Positions 24,390 through 32,000 of a stretch of DNA of 32,000 bases are shown here, in pieces. Position numbers and translations under genes: made by a program. Within the stretch, counting starts at the first letter, position 1. Every line of letters starts with the position of its first letter. Under the pieces are notes generated by a model. The model saw nothing but the letters and a program-made list of their open reading frames with translations. It was not told the origin of the DNA and made no database searches. Source of the DNA: Nitrososphaera viennensis EN76 (GTDB lineage Archaea; Thermoproteota; Nitrososphaeria; Nitrososphaerales; Nitrososphaeraceae); assembly GCF_000698785.1 (NCBI RefSeq), contig NZ_CP007536.1, positions 1,380,001-1,412,000 on the forward strand, read 5' to 3'.

Positions 24390-25426
24390 TTAACGATAGC
24401 CGATAGCAAGCTCGGCAGGGCCGGCAAGAGGCTTCCTTTCCATGTTCTTGAAACCTGCTTTTGCCAGCATCGCAGAGATTTCTGCAAACGAGTAGTTCTG
24501 CCCGCCGCTTGTCCCAAGCATCATGTTCATGCCCATGAGCGCGGAAAGCGCCGGCCCGGTCTTGTCGTCGTTTAGCATCCATTCGCTTATTATCACGGCG
24601 CCGCCGTCCAAAATGCTCGCGTGCGCCTTTTTCAAGAGCGTGACGCCCTTGTCCTCGTCATAGTCGTGGATCACGTTTGAAAAGAACGCCACGTCGTACC
24701 CCTTTGGGAGCTCCTCGTTGAAAAAGTCAACCGCAAGCGTCTTCACTCTGCCTGCAAGGCCGTAGCGCGAGATGTATTCGTATGCGACCTTGCACACAGG
24801 CGCAAGGTCCGCCACGGTGGCCTGCAATTGCGGGTTTTCCTTTGCCACTTGCAATGCATAAACGCCCGAGCCTCCGCCCACGTCCAGCATCCTTTTGCCC
24901 CTGGAAAAGTCGAACGTCCTTGCGAGCGCCATTGCAGGGCCGACGCTGGTCGCGTGCATTGCGTGTATGAATTTTTGTACTGCCTCTATGCTGTTGTTTT
25001 TCTTGGCGTCGTCAAAGATGTGCTCTGCATTATCTCCTTTCATTGCATCGACAGGCTTGTTGTTCACTAGCGACCACGTCAAAAAATTCCACGCGTTGTA
25101 CAGGTGCTCGTCGCACATCCTGACAACTTCTCCCATGTATGCAGGGCTCTTGCTTGACAGGAACTTCTCGGCAAGAGGCGAGTTTGAGAACTTGTCTCCA
25201 TTTTTCTGCAGCAGCCCAAGTGATGCAAGAGTGGACGCAAAGACCTCTGCAGGTCGCCTTTCCATTCCGAGCATCTCCTACAAGGTAGCCTGCTTTTTTT
25301 GCCGTTGTTGACATCGGCAAGCTTGGTAAACAGATCGAGTTCCACCGCGGTCATGAGGGTCCTTGAGACCCCGAATCCATTCAGCATCTGGAATATTGGA
25401 TCAGGTGAGAGAGAAGGAGAAGACAT
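24390..25426 (-). pseudogene. class I SAM-dependent O-methyltransferase (dimerisation helix plus OMT domain) disrupted near codon 45
   Basis: N-terminal 'PDPIFQMLNGFGVSRTLMTAVELDLFTKLAD' (ORF 25079..25426) is in a different frame from the OMT body (ORF 24390..25274: 'GLLQKNGDKFSNSPLAEKFL...MLDVGGGSGVYALQVAKENP'). Joining them needs a shift in the A7 run (25294-25300), and the joined frame then meets a TAG at 25278-25280. Confidence 0.65.
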
Positions 25427-25473
25427 ATCCGCTACTGAAAAAACACAAGCAAAATATCTAAGGCTTTACCGGA

Positions 25474-26271
25474 TCAGCGAGTCTGGGTCTTTCTTGCCTT
25501 TAGCAGGATATATTCAATATCACCCCTGTCTGACAGCTGCTTCATTTTCAAAATCGACCTGTACAGCATCTTTTCAAGGTAGACAGGGTACGCCGCCAGG
25601 ATTCTCGGTTTCAGGTTTTCCCTGTTTTCCAGATAATAGTCGGCAAGCGGCCCGTAGACGTGCGGCCCGATGTAGCGGCATGCCTCTATCGAGAGGCCGG
25701 CGCCCTTGATTGCGCTCTCCACGTATTCTGGGGCATAGTGCTCCGACGACCAGGTCACGGACAGTATGCCAAGGCTCAAAAACTGCAGCAGCCTCTTCCT
25801 CTTCTTTTGCAGTTTCAGCACAGGGATTGCAATGACCAGGAGGCCGCCGGCGGCAAGCACCCTTGCAGACTCATGTACGAACCGTTCAAGCGGCCGGAAA
25901 TGCTGCGCCGATTCAAGCGCCACCACCCTGTCCACCGAGCCGCTGGCAAACGGCAGCGCGGTGGAAGTGGCGCTTACCAGGGACGCGCGGGCGTCTTTTG
26001 AATCCTGCAGCTGCGAAAAGTTGATGTTCACGCAGGCAACGTCCAGCGATTTATAGCAGGATTTCCAGTAGGCGGCAGGGGCGCCAAGGCCGCTCCCGAC
26101 ATCTATAACAATTCTGGCAGACGCAAGCTCGGCCAGCTCGCCGACTACCGCGCAGAGCATGCGCTGCGCCTCAAGCGGTGTCTTGGCAGAATCGCTCCAG
26201 TAGCCAAAATTTAGCATCCTGCCGCCGGTCGCAATGGTCATCAGGGGAGAGAGCGAATTGTAGAGTTTCAC
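25474..26271 (-). CDS. class I SAM-dependent methyltransferase (type 11-like)
   Basis: 'MLNFGYWSD...PLEAQRML', the SAM motif 'VIDVGSGLGAPAAYW' and 'FASGSVDRVVALESAQHF'. GTG start at 26271. Confidence 0.8.
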   Translation of the reverse strand: MKLYNSLSPLMTIATGGRMLNFGYWSDSAKTPLEAQRMLCAVVGELAELASARIVIDVGSGLGAPAAYWKSCYKSLDVACVNINFSQLQDSKDARASLVSATSTALPFASGSVDRVVALESAQHFRPLERFVHESARVLAAGGLLVIAIPVLKLQKKRKRLLQFLSLGILSVTWSSEHYAPEYVESAIKGAGLSIEACRYIGPHVYGPLADYYLENRENLKPRILAAYPVYLEKMLYRSILKMKQLSDRGDIEYILLKARKTQTR

Positions 26272-26343
26272 GATGTCTTTTTCGCTCCGCCGGAACGTCC
26301 ACAGCAGGACGTCAAGCGGGCGTATGCTGCCTGCCAGCGGCCT

Positions 26344-26736
26344 TTACCTGGCCAGCTTTTTGGCTAACTCGATTATCTTTGCTACCTCGGCAGCCGGCGT
26401 TTCCTTGTCCATCGTGAGGTAGTAAAAGTTGTCCTCGTCCGTCAGCGTCAGTATTTTCACTTTTTCGTTTTCGGTCAGGGTATATTCCGTCCTGCCTATT
26501 GATGTCTCAAAGCTTTTCCTCAGCTGGTTGCGCGTCGCTTCGATAAAGTACTCATTGCGCGCCTCGTCCGGCTTTAACAACGGGACGACGCCCTTGCGCA
26601 GGCCGCCGGCAAGCGTCCTACCAAACTTGTTCATGATGCCGGCGTAGCGTATACGCGGTGATATGGCAAGGATGCGGTTGCATTTCTCCTTGTATTTTGC
26701 TGCTGCTTCTGGATCAGCCTGCGGTCTGTTTGACAT
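26344..26736 (-). CDS. small hypothetical protein (130 aa), possibly Roadblock/LC7-like
   Basis: 'ILAISPRIRYAGIMNKFGRTLAGGLRKGVVPLL' resembles a family of about 120-130-aa proteins that I recall as multi-copy in Thaumarchaeota. The fold guess is weak. Confidence 0.5.
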   Translation of the reverse strand: MSNRPQADPEAAAKYKEKCNRILAISPRIRYAGIMNKFGRTLAGGLRKGVVPLLKPDEARNEYFIEATRNQLRKSFETSIGRTEYTLTENEKVKILTLTDEDNFYYLTMDKETPAAEVAKIIELAKKLAR

Positions 26737-26814
26737 ATATGGATTGATCTTTGCAATCAGGTGATATATGAACTGCTTTGCGCAACAATATGTCTAAAAA
26801 TATAGAGGGAGAGG

Positions 26815-27423
26815 TTAGACGCTCCCGATTTTTGCCATGTCACTGCGGTTGTCGTTGTCATGTGATGCATCAGTCGGCTTGCTCTGAAAGTAAGTCGCGA
26901 TGTATGCCAGCCCGCCTGCAACGACTCCTATTATCAAGAGTCCTGCAAACGCGGCAATGGGGGTGATGAACTGCCCCATTATTGCAGGATTCTCACTCAG
27001 GCCGGAAGCACCGCTGCTGGCAATCACGCCAAGCACGCCCGAGCCTGCAAGCCCCGCATACACCATCATCAACGTTACCGCGGCGCCTCCAACGTTCATC
27101 CCGACAAGGTTGGCCCACGCAAGCGCAGATCTGACTCCGCGGATCCTCTTTTGCAGGTTGACCTCCAGGTGGTTGTAGAATATCGCCGTTGTCGCTATTG
27201 CGACGATCAGTATCATGTAGAATATGTAGCCAAGGAATATCCACTTTGCCGGCCCTTCAAACGATAGCGAAAGGATCTGGATGATGTTGACGCTGGGCGA
27301 AAAGAGCAGCTGCATCCCAACAAACGACGCGGTAAGTAGGGTGATTACCGCGCCCTGAAATATTGCCGACGCTATGAACCTGTTGGACCATACACTACCC
27401 CTGCTAGGTGTTTCTCCTTTCAA
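26815..27423 (-). CDS. hypothetical membrane protein (5-6 TM)
   Basis: Repeated hydrophobic segments. TTG start at 27423. Acidic and polar C-terminal tail. Confidence 0.5.
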   Translation of the reverse strand: MKGETPSRGSVWSNRFIASAIFQGAVITLLTASFVGMQLLFSPSVNIIQILSLSFEGPAKWIFLGYIFYMILIVAIATTAIFYNHLEVNLQKRIRGVRSALAWANLVGMNVGGAAVTLMMVYAGLAGSGVLGVIASSGASGLSENPAIMGQFITPIAAFAGLLIIGVVAGGLAYIATYFQSKPTDASHDNDNRSDMAKIGSV

Positions 27424-27600
27424 GCGATCGTCACCAAGATTATTACGCTGATTCTTGTGATAAGACTAGGTCAAAAGGGAAAGCGCAGAGTAAAGTACGG
27501 ATTATAGATGGGTTTAATAGCGCTAAATGTGCATTAATATAATATAAGGGCAGGCATCGATGTTTTTTCTCTTTCAGTTGCTGCCTTTGGTACATGCCGC

Positions 27601-27606
27601 AAAAAA
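27601..27606 (-). terminator. oligo-T run about 30 nt after the lrp stop
   Basis: The minus strand reads GCACTTTTTTGCGG, an archaeal terminator-like T6 run. Confidence 0.35.
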
Positions 27607-27635
27607 GTGCAATGGACACGACCGGCACAGCAGTG

Positions 27636-28049
27636 CTAGCGCATCGTCTTTAGTATTATGACGGTGTTCGTGTCGGACACGCCTTCTATCTTGCGAATGT
27701 CGTCGATGCACTTGTTGATTTCGACGATCGCTGGCGCGGCAATGATTGCTGCAATGTCGTACTGGCCAGTGATTTCATAGACGACTTCGACGCCGGCAAG
27801 CTTCATCAGCCTCTGCGAGACTGCAGAGGTGTCGGCGGTAGAGCTCACCGAGATCAGCGTTATTGCGCTCGTCTTGTCAGACGCGCCGAGCTCTATCGTA
27901 AAGCGCTTTACTATGCCGCTGTCCGTCAGGTTCTTGACGCGCCTTCTCACTGCAGACTCGGACAGTCCGATCTCGTTTGCAATGTCCACAAACGCCTTTC
28001 TCGAATCGGCCTGCAGGATGCGGATTATCTTTTCGTCTGTCTCGTCCAT
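27636..28049 (-). CDS. Lrp/AsnC family transcriptional regulator
   Basis: 'MDETDEKIIRILQADSRKAFVDIANEIGLSESAVRRRVKNLTDSGIVKRFTIEL' is an HTH_AsnC pattern followed by a C-terminal RAM-like domain. The ATG at 28049 is 4 nt after the lysJ stop. Alternative starts at 28064 and 28097 overlap lysJ. Confidence 0.9.
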   Translation of the reverse strand: MDETDEKIIRILQADSRKAFVDIANEIGLSESAVRRRVKNLTDSGIVKRFTIELGASDKTSAITLISVSSTADTSAVSQRLMKLAGVEVVYEITGQYDIAAIIAAPAIVEINKCIDDIRKIEGVSDTNTVIILKTMR

Positions 28050-28053
28050 GTTG

Positions 28054-29235
28054 CTAATTGACATTTCTTCTCTGTTCCTCCCTTGTAAGTACCGCATCCA
28101 TTATTTCAACTGCGCGGGAAACCGTCGCTTCATCCATTACAAGTGGCGGAAGCAGGCGTATGATGTTCCTTCCCGAGTACAGCATGAGCAGTCCGTTGCT
28201 GATTCCGTCAAGGAGCACGTCTTTTACCTCAAAGCGGAGCTCGACCCCAAGCATCATTCCAAGGCCGCGCACCTCCCGGATTATCTTGTGGCGCTCCTTG
28301 AGAGCCATCAGCTTTTCTTTAAACATCTTGCCAGTCTTGGCCGCGTTGTCCACTAGGCCGTCGGTCGTCAGCGCCTCAAGCGTCGCAGAGGCCGCCGCGC
28401 ACGCTATGGGGCTTGCGCCAAACGTTGACGAGTGCTCACCCAGCTTTATTGCGTCCATTATCTCCGGCTTTGTCAATACCAGCCCCATAGGCACTCCGCC
28501 GGCGATGCCCTTTGCAAGGCACATGATGTCAGGAGTCGTGTTCCAGTTCTGCCCTGCCCACATCTTGCCGGTCCTGCCCAAGCCCGCCTGTATTTCGTCA
28601 AATATCAGCACGAGGTTCTTGCGGTTGCATATCTCGCGGATCCGGGGGATCAGGTCGTCAGGCGGGACGATGATGCCGGTCTCGCCCTGTATAGGCTCCA
28701 GTATCACGGCGCCGGTGGTGTCGTCTATTGCCTCTTCCAGTTTTGCCGGCTCACCGTACGGGATGAACTTTACCCCGTCAAGGAGAGGCATGAACGCCTT
28801 GCGGTACTTTTCGTTGTAAGTCACAGAAAGCGCGCCAAACGTCTTGCCGTGGTAGGCGCCGTTCATGGCAATCACGCCGTGCTTGCCGGTGAATTTCCTT
28901 GCAAACTTTAGCGCCGCCTCTACGGACTCGGCACCCGAGTTGGTAAAGAACATTTTTGTTAGGCCTGGCGGCGCTATCTGCGCTATTTTCTTCATGAATC
29001 CAAGGCGCGTCTCGTTGTAGACTGACATGTGCGCGGTTATCAGGGTATCTGCCTGCTTTTTGATGGCTTCAACGACGCGGTCATTGCAGTGGCCCACGAG
29101 CGCGACTCCATAGCCTCCCATGCAGTCGACGTACTCTTTGCCGTTTACGTCCCAGATCCTGGCTCCCTTGCCCCTTGCGACGTTTACCGGGAACCTCTGG
29201 TACAGCGTTCCTAGGTAGTTGTCCTCGCCATTCAT
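28054..29235 (-). CDS. lysJ: class III aminotransferase: [LysW]-aminoadipate semialdehyde / acetylornithine aminotransferase
   Basis: Typical ArgD/LysJ sequence ('FTNSGAESVEAALKFAR', 'LIFDEIQAGLGRTGKMWA', 'STFGASPIACAAA'). It sits in a lysX-Y-Z-J operon. Confidence 0.9.
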   Translation of the reverse strand: MNGEDNYLGTLYQRFPVNVARGKGARIWDVNGKEYVDCMGGYGVALVGHCNDRVVEAIKKQADTLITAHMSVYNETRLGFMKKIAQIAPPGLTKMFFTNSGAESVEAALKFARKFTGKHGVIAMNGAYHGKTFGALSVTYNEKYRKAFMPLLDGVKFIPYGEPAKLEEAIDDTTGAVILEPIQGETGIIVPPDDLIPRIREICNRKNLVLIFDEIQAGLGRTGKMWAGQNWNTTPDIMCLAKGIAGGVPMGLVLTKPEIMDAIKLGEHSSTFGASPIACAAASATLEALTTDGLVDNAAKTGKMFKEKLMALKERHKIIREVRGLGMMLGVELRFEVKDVLLDGISNGLLMLYSGRNIIRLLPPLVMDEATVSRAVEIMDAVLTREEQRRNVN

Positions 29236-30035
29236 TTCGGGGTTATCACCGTGCAGTTGTTGTGCGCAATGGCTGACGATATCGGGTTTTCGACCTGGCC
29301 GGACGCGATTATGGCCTCCCTGACGCCCATCTCTAGCGCCTCCGTGCAGGCAAGCACCTTCTTTTCCATGCCAAAGCCTATCTTTGGCAGCGTTGCTTTT
29401 GCCTGCTCGAGGTTCATGCCCGTGACGAGCTTTTCGTTGAGCATCAGGCCGTTGACGTTGGTGATGAATATCACCTTGTCGGCTTTCACCCCGCCGGCGA
29501 CGTACGCGGCCGCCCTGTCGCCGTCCACGTTAAGGAAGTCGAATTCTTCAGAAAGCGCGATCGGGGACACCACCGGCACATAGCCACTGTTTACCAGCGT
29601 GTTTACAAGCGACGGGTCGACGTCGTTTATCTTGCCCGTGTACCCGCCGTCAATTACCATCTTCCTCCCCTTCTCATTTATCACCATCAGTTTTTTCTTG
29701 CGCTCGGCCTTTAATATGCCGCCGTCGACGCCGGCTACGCCTACTGCCTTGATGCCCTGGCGCAACAGCATGCCCACAATGGCCTTGTTTATCTTGCCCG
29801 ACATGACCATCGTGTAAATGTCAGCGGTCTCTTTGTCGGTGTACCTGCTGCGCACGCCGCCTGGCGACACGATGAATTTCTGTTCTTTGCCAAGCTTGGT
29901 CGCTGTCGCCGTCACCTCCTTGCCGCCGCCGTGCACGAACACCAGTTTCTCTTTCTCTGCTATTGCCTTGATGTCGGCAAGCGTTGACGGGTGCAGCCCG
30001 TCGACCACGCTTCCCCCTATCTTTATGACTATCAT
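29232..30035 (-). CDS. lysZ: [LysW]-aminoadipate / acetylglutamate kinase
   Basis: Amino-acid kinase pattern: 'MIVIKIGGSV', 'VFVHGGG'. ATGA overlaps on both sides (29232-35 and 30032-35). Confidence 0.9.
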   Translation of the reverse strand: MIVIKIGGSVVDGLHPSTLADIKAIAEKEKLVFVHGGGKEVTATATKLGKEQKFIVSPGGVRSRYTDKETADIYTMVMSGKINKAIVGMLLRQGIKAVGVAGVDGGILKAERKKKLMVINEKGRKMVIDGGYTGKINDVDPSLVNTLVNSGYVPVVSPIALSEEFDFLNVDGDRAAAYVAGGVKADKVIFITNVNGLMLNEKLVTGMNLEQAKATLPKIGFGMEKKVLACTEALEMGVREAIIASGQVENPISSAIAHNNCTVITPK

Positions 30036-31084
30036 ACCGGGGTCAGAGGGGTGTACTTCAAGCCCTCAGTCTCCTCGTAGCCGAACATCACGTTCATGAC
30101 CTGCACCGCAGAGCCGGCCGCGCCCTTCATGAGGTTGTCAGACGCCGAGAGCGCCACTATCCTCTGGTTGTCCTCGTCTATGTCAAAGCCGACGTCGCAA
30201 AAGTTTGATCCGACAACGAACTTGGGGTCTGGGAACTTGTACAGGCCCTTCTTGTCGCGGATGAGCCGGACAAACGGCTCGCCCTTGTACGAGTTGCGGT
30301 ACATCTTCCACAGCTCCAGCTCTTCCACCTTGCGCTTGAGGAACGTATGGTTCGTAGTCAGGATGCCGCGGACGATGTTGACCGCGTGCGGGCTCATGCT
30401 GACCTTGATCTGCTTTTTGGCTATCATTGACAGCTCTTGCTCTATCTCGCCGGTGTGGCGGTGCTTGGCGGGCTTGTATGGCCTGACTACTCCGTAGCGC
30501 ATCGCGTGGTGCGTGCCTGCGTTTGCTTTTTGTCCGGCGCCCGACGAGCCTATCTTGCTGTCGACTACCACGTGCTCGGTGTCGATGAGGTTGTTCTCGA
30601 TGAGCGGCTTTAATGCCAAGAGCGATGTCACTGCCATGCATCCCGGGCACGACACCAGCTGCGCCTTCTTTATCTCTTCGCGGTGCAGTTCTGGAACGCC
30701 ATAGACCGACTTGGACAGCATGTCTGGGAAGGGGTGCTCCCAGCCGTACCACTTTATGTAGTCTTTTGGGTTCTTTAAGCGAAAGTCTGCGGAAAGGTCG
30801 ATTATCTTGACTCCCCTGTCGTACAGGTCCTTGACTATCTTGTTGGCCTTGCCGTGCGGCACCGACGTGAACACCATGTCGCAGTTGTTGGCCAGCTTTT
30901 CCATGTCCATTGGCGAGAATGTGAGGTCGATGAAACCCTTTAGGCTGGGGTGCACCCTCTGCACGTACTCGCCTGCCTTCTGGCGCGAAGTAACCATGCT
31001 GACTTCGACCTTTGGGTGCGTAACAAGCAGCCTGAGAAGCTCGCCTCCGACGTAGCCGGACGCGCCTACAACTCCAACCTTCAT
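30032..31084 (-). CDS. lysY: [LysW]-aminoadipyl-phosphate / N-acetyl-gamma-glutamyl-phosphate reductase
   Basis: 'MKVGVVGASGYVGGELLRLL' Rossmann N-terminus and the catalytic Cys context 'LVSCPGCMAVTS'. Confidence 0.9.
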   Translation of the reverse strand: MKVGVVGASGYVGGELLRLLVTHPKVEVSMVTSRQKAGEYVQRVHPSLKGFIDLTFSPMDMEKLANNCDMVFTSVPHGKANKIVKDLYDRGVKIIDLSADFRLKNPKDYIKWYGWEHPFPDMLSKSVYGVPELHREEIKKAQLVSCPGCMAVTSLLALKPLIENNLIDTEHVVVDSKIGSSGAGQKANAGTHHAMRYGVVRPYKPAKHRHTGEIEQELSMIAKKQIKVSMSPHAVNIVRGILTTNHTFLKRKVEELELWKMYRNSYKGEPFVRLIRDKKGLYKFPDPKFVVGSNFCDVGFDIDEDNQRIVALSASDNLMKGAAGSAVQVMNVMFGYEETEGLKYTPLTPV

Positions 31085-31228
31085 TGCGAAACGTTGTCCT
31101 CCATCATTGCCATGTTCGCGAGATGATGATACATGTTAATGATGGTTCTGCCTTAAAAATCCTCATTTATATTTTTTGGACATATTTGACCTAATAAAGG
31201 CCAATAGTGACCGAAATTGGTCAGCTAC

Positions 31229-32000
31229 TTACTTCCTTACCAGGCTCACGGCGTAGTCGATCATGGCGCCGGGGATGTCGTTTGCAGAAACGCTTGCCGC
31301 GCCGCGGAATTCCACTGTGTTGTTCACTTCGTGTACCACCAGGCCGCGGTTCTTGTCCTCCATCAGGTCGACGCCCACTATTCCGCCGCCCACCGCCTTT
31401 GCCGCCCGCAGCGCCAGATCTTCAAGCTCTTTTGTTATTGGCGCAAGCTCGGCCTTGCCCCCGCGTGCGACGTTTGTGCGCCACTCGTTTTCGGCAGAAT
31501 AGCGGTATATCGCAGTCACTACCCTGTCGCCCACCACTATGCAGCGGATGTCACGCGGTGGCCTGTCTATCATTTCCTGCACGTAATAGATCCTTGCAAG
31601 TGGGCTGTCGTTTTCCTCCCTCATCTCGACTATCATGCTTGCGGTCTCGTCGTCGCGCAGCGGGAAAACGCCCCTGCCCCACGAGCCGACTATCGGTTTT
31701 AGGACAAGCGGCAGGCCGGTCTTGCGTATGACCTCGATTGCAGACTCGGCTGAAAACGCCATCTGCGTCTTTGGGGTAGGGATGTTGTTCTTTGCCAGCA
31801 CGAGCGACGTGACAAGCTTGTTCCCGCACGTCTCTGCAGTCTGGAACTTGTTGATGACAGGATAATCGAGAAATTCCAGGCACGCGGTGAGGTACAGGCC
31901 CCGGTAATGGCTCACGCTCCTCTGCAGTATCACGTCTCCGAGCGCAAGATCGCTCTTTTTGCTTTCGGTGCCCACGGTGACGTTTTTCCCATCCACGATC
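31229..32000 (-). CDS. lysX: RimK-type ATP-grasp ligase LysX/ArgX (5' end outside the window)
   Basis: 'LPLVLKPIVGSWGRGV', 'DIRCIVVGDRVVTAIYR...WRTNVARGG' and 'GVDLMEDKNRGLVVHEVNNTVEF'. The frame stays open to nt 32000, and comparison with the Thermus LysX sequence as I recall it implies about 25-30 residues are missing. Confidence 0.85.
   Translation of the reverse strand, partial: IVDGKNVTVGTESKKSDLALGDVILQRSVSHYRGLYLTACLEFLDYPVINKFQTAETCGNKLVTSLVLAKNNIPTPKTQMAFSAESAIEVIRKTGLPLVLKPIVGSWGRGVFPLRDDETASMIVEMREENDSPLARIYYVQEMIDRPPRDIRCIVVGDRVVTAIYRYSAENEWRTNVARGGKAELAPITKELEDLALRAAKAVGGGIVGVDLMEDKNRGLVVHEVNNTVEFRGAASVSANDIPGAMIDYAVSLVRK

Noticed and set aside
25278-25280. The in-frame TAG in the O-methyltransferase as a recoded (pyrrolysine) codon.
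   Set aside because: No pyl genes are visible. Pyrrolysine is not known in this lineage, and OMTs are not known Pyl proteins. A frameshift 15-20 nt away argues for gene decay or sequencing error.
27443-27628. The 61-aa minus-strand ORF in the lrp / membrane-protein intergenic region, and a possible sRNA (GGCAG...CTGCC stem with T runs at 27563-27568).
   Set aside because: The ORF translation is not protein-like. The stem is short with a large loop, and I see no promoter element I can support.
28058-28819. Long antisense ORFs opposite well-supported genes. Examples: 28058..28819 (+) opposite lysJ, 14040..14561 (+) opposite the lyase, 30183..30752 (-) in an alternate frame of lysY, 2544..3119 (-) opposite the SBP/permease genes, and 31207..31731 (+) opposite lysX.
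   Set aside because: Their translations are Arg/Pro/Ala/Ser-rich low-complexity sequence typical of shadow frames in GC-biased coding DNA. Each fully overlaps a gene with clear family motifs.
31085-31228. lysW hidden in the lysX-lysY gap.
   Set aside because: The gap is 144 nt, shorter than a roughly 55-codon lysW. No zinc-ribbon C-x2-C ORF is present on either strand.
1-32000. CRISPR arrays, transposases, integrases, or long direct or inverted repeats flanking the accessory-looking blocks.
   Set aside because: None was seen on reading. tRNA-Tyr is not adjacent to an integrase or to a duplicated tRNA 3' half. I cannot exclude short repeats without a computational self-comparison (dot plot).

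Overview
This is an archaeal chromosomal segment. The archaeal assignment rests on aIF5A, ribosomal protein L15e, a LysW-type lysX-lysY-lysZ-lysJ operon, an intron-containing tRNA-Tyr with a C1:G72 pair, and TATA-like boxes about 25-35 nt before many start codons. The gene mix and moderately high GC suggest an ammonia-oxidising thaumarchaeon (Nitrososphaera-like), but that is inference only. I support about 37 protein-coding genes (two of them disrupted) and 1 tRNA. Left to right: the end of a Dpp/Opp-type ABC importer (substrate-binding protein plus two permeases, no ATPase genes), aIF5A, a two-gene unknown unit, corA, Zn-type hemB, tRNA-Tyr(GUA) with two introns, an aldehyde dehydrogenase, a frameshifted thioredoxin-fold gene, a Zn alcohol dehydrogenase, a YeaO-like DUF488 gene plus a membrane partner, an aspartase/fumarase-family lyase and a GNAT. 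Next comes an accessory-looking block: a small membrane protein, DUF2182, DUF1326, a C2H2 zinc-finger protein, a second DUF1326 and an unknown gene. After that: serA-like dehydrogenase, L15e, a redox/methylation block (anchored protein, double-CDGSH Fe-S protein, quinone oxidoreductase, nitroreductase, a disrupted O-methyltransferase, a second methyltransferase, a small unknown protein, a membrane protein), and finally lrp-lysJ-lysZ-lysY-lysX. The best candidate for an undescribed system is the DUF1326/DUF2182 module. It is duplicated around a basic C2H2 zinc-finger gene, with Met-rich tails on the membrane partner and a conserved five-Cys set on the soluble partner, so I infer a metal (possibly copper) handling function. 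I saw no CRISPR array, transposase or integrase. All family assignments come from motif recognition by eye, and no searches were run.
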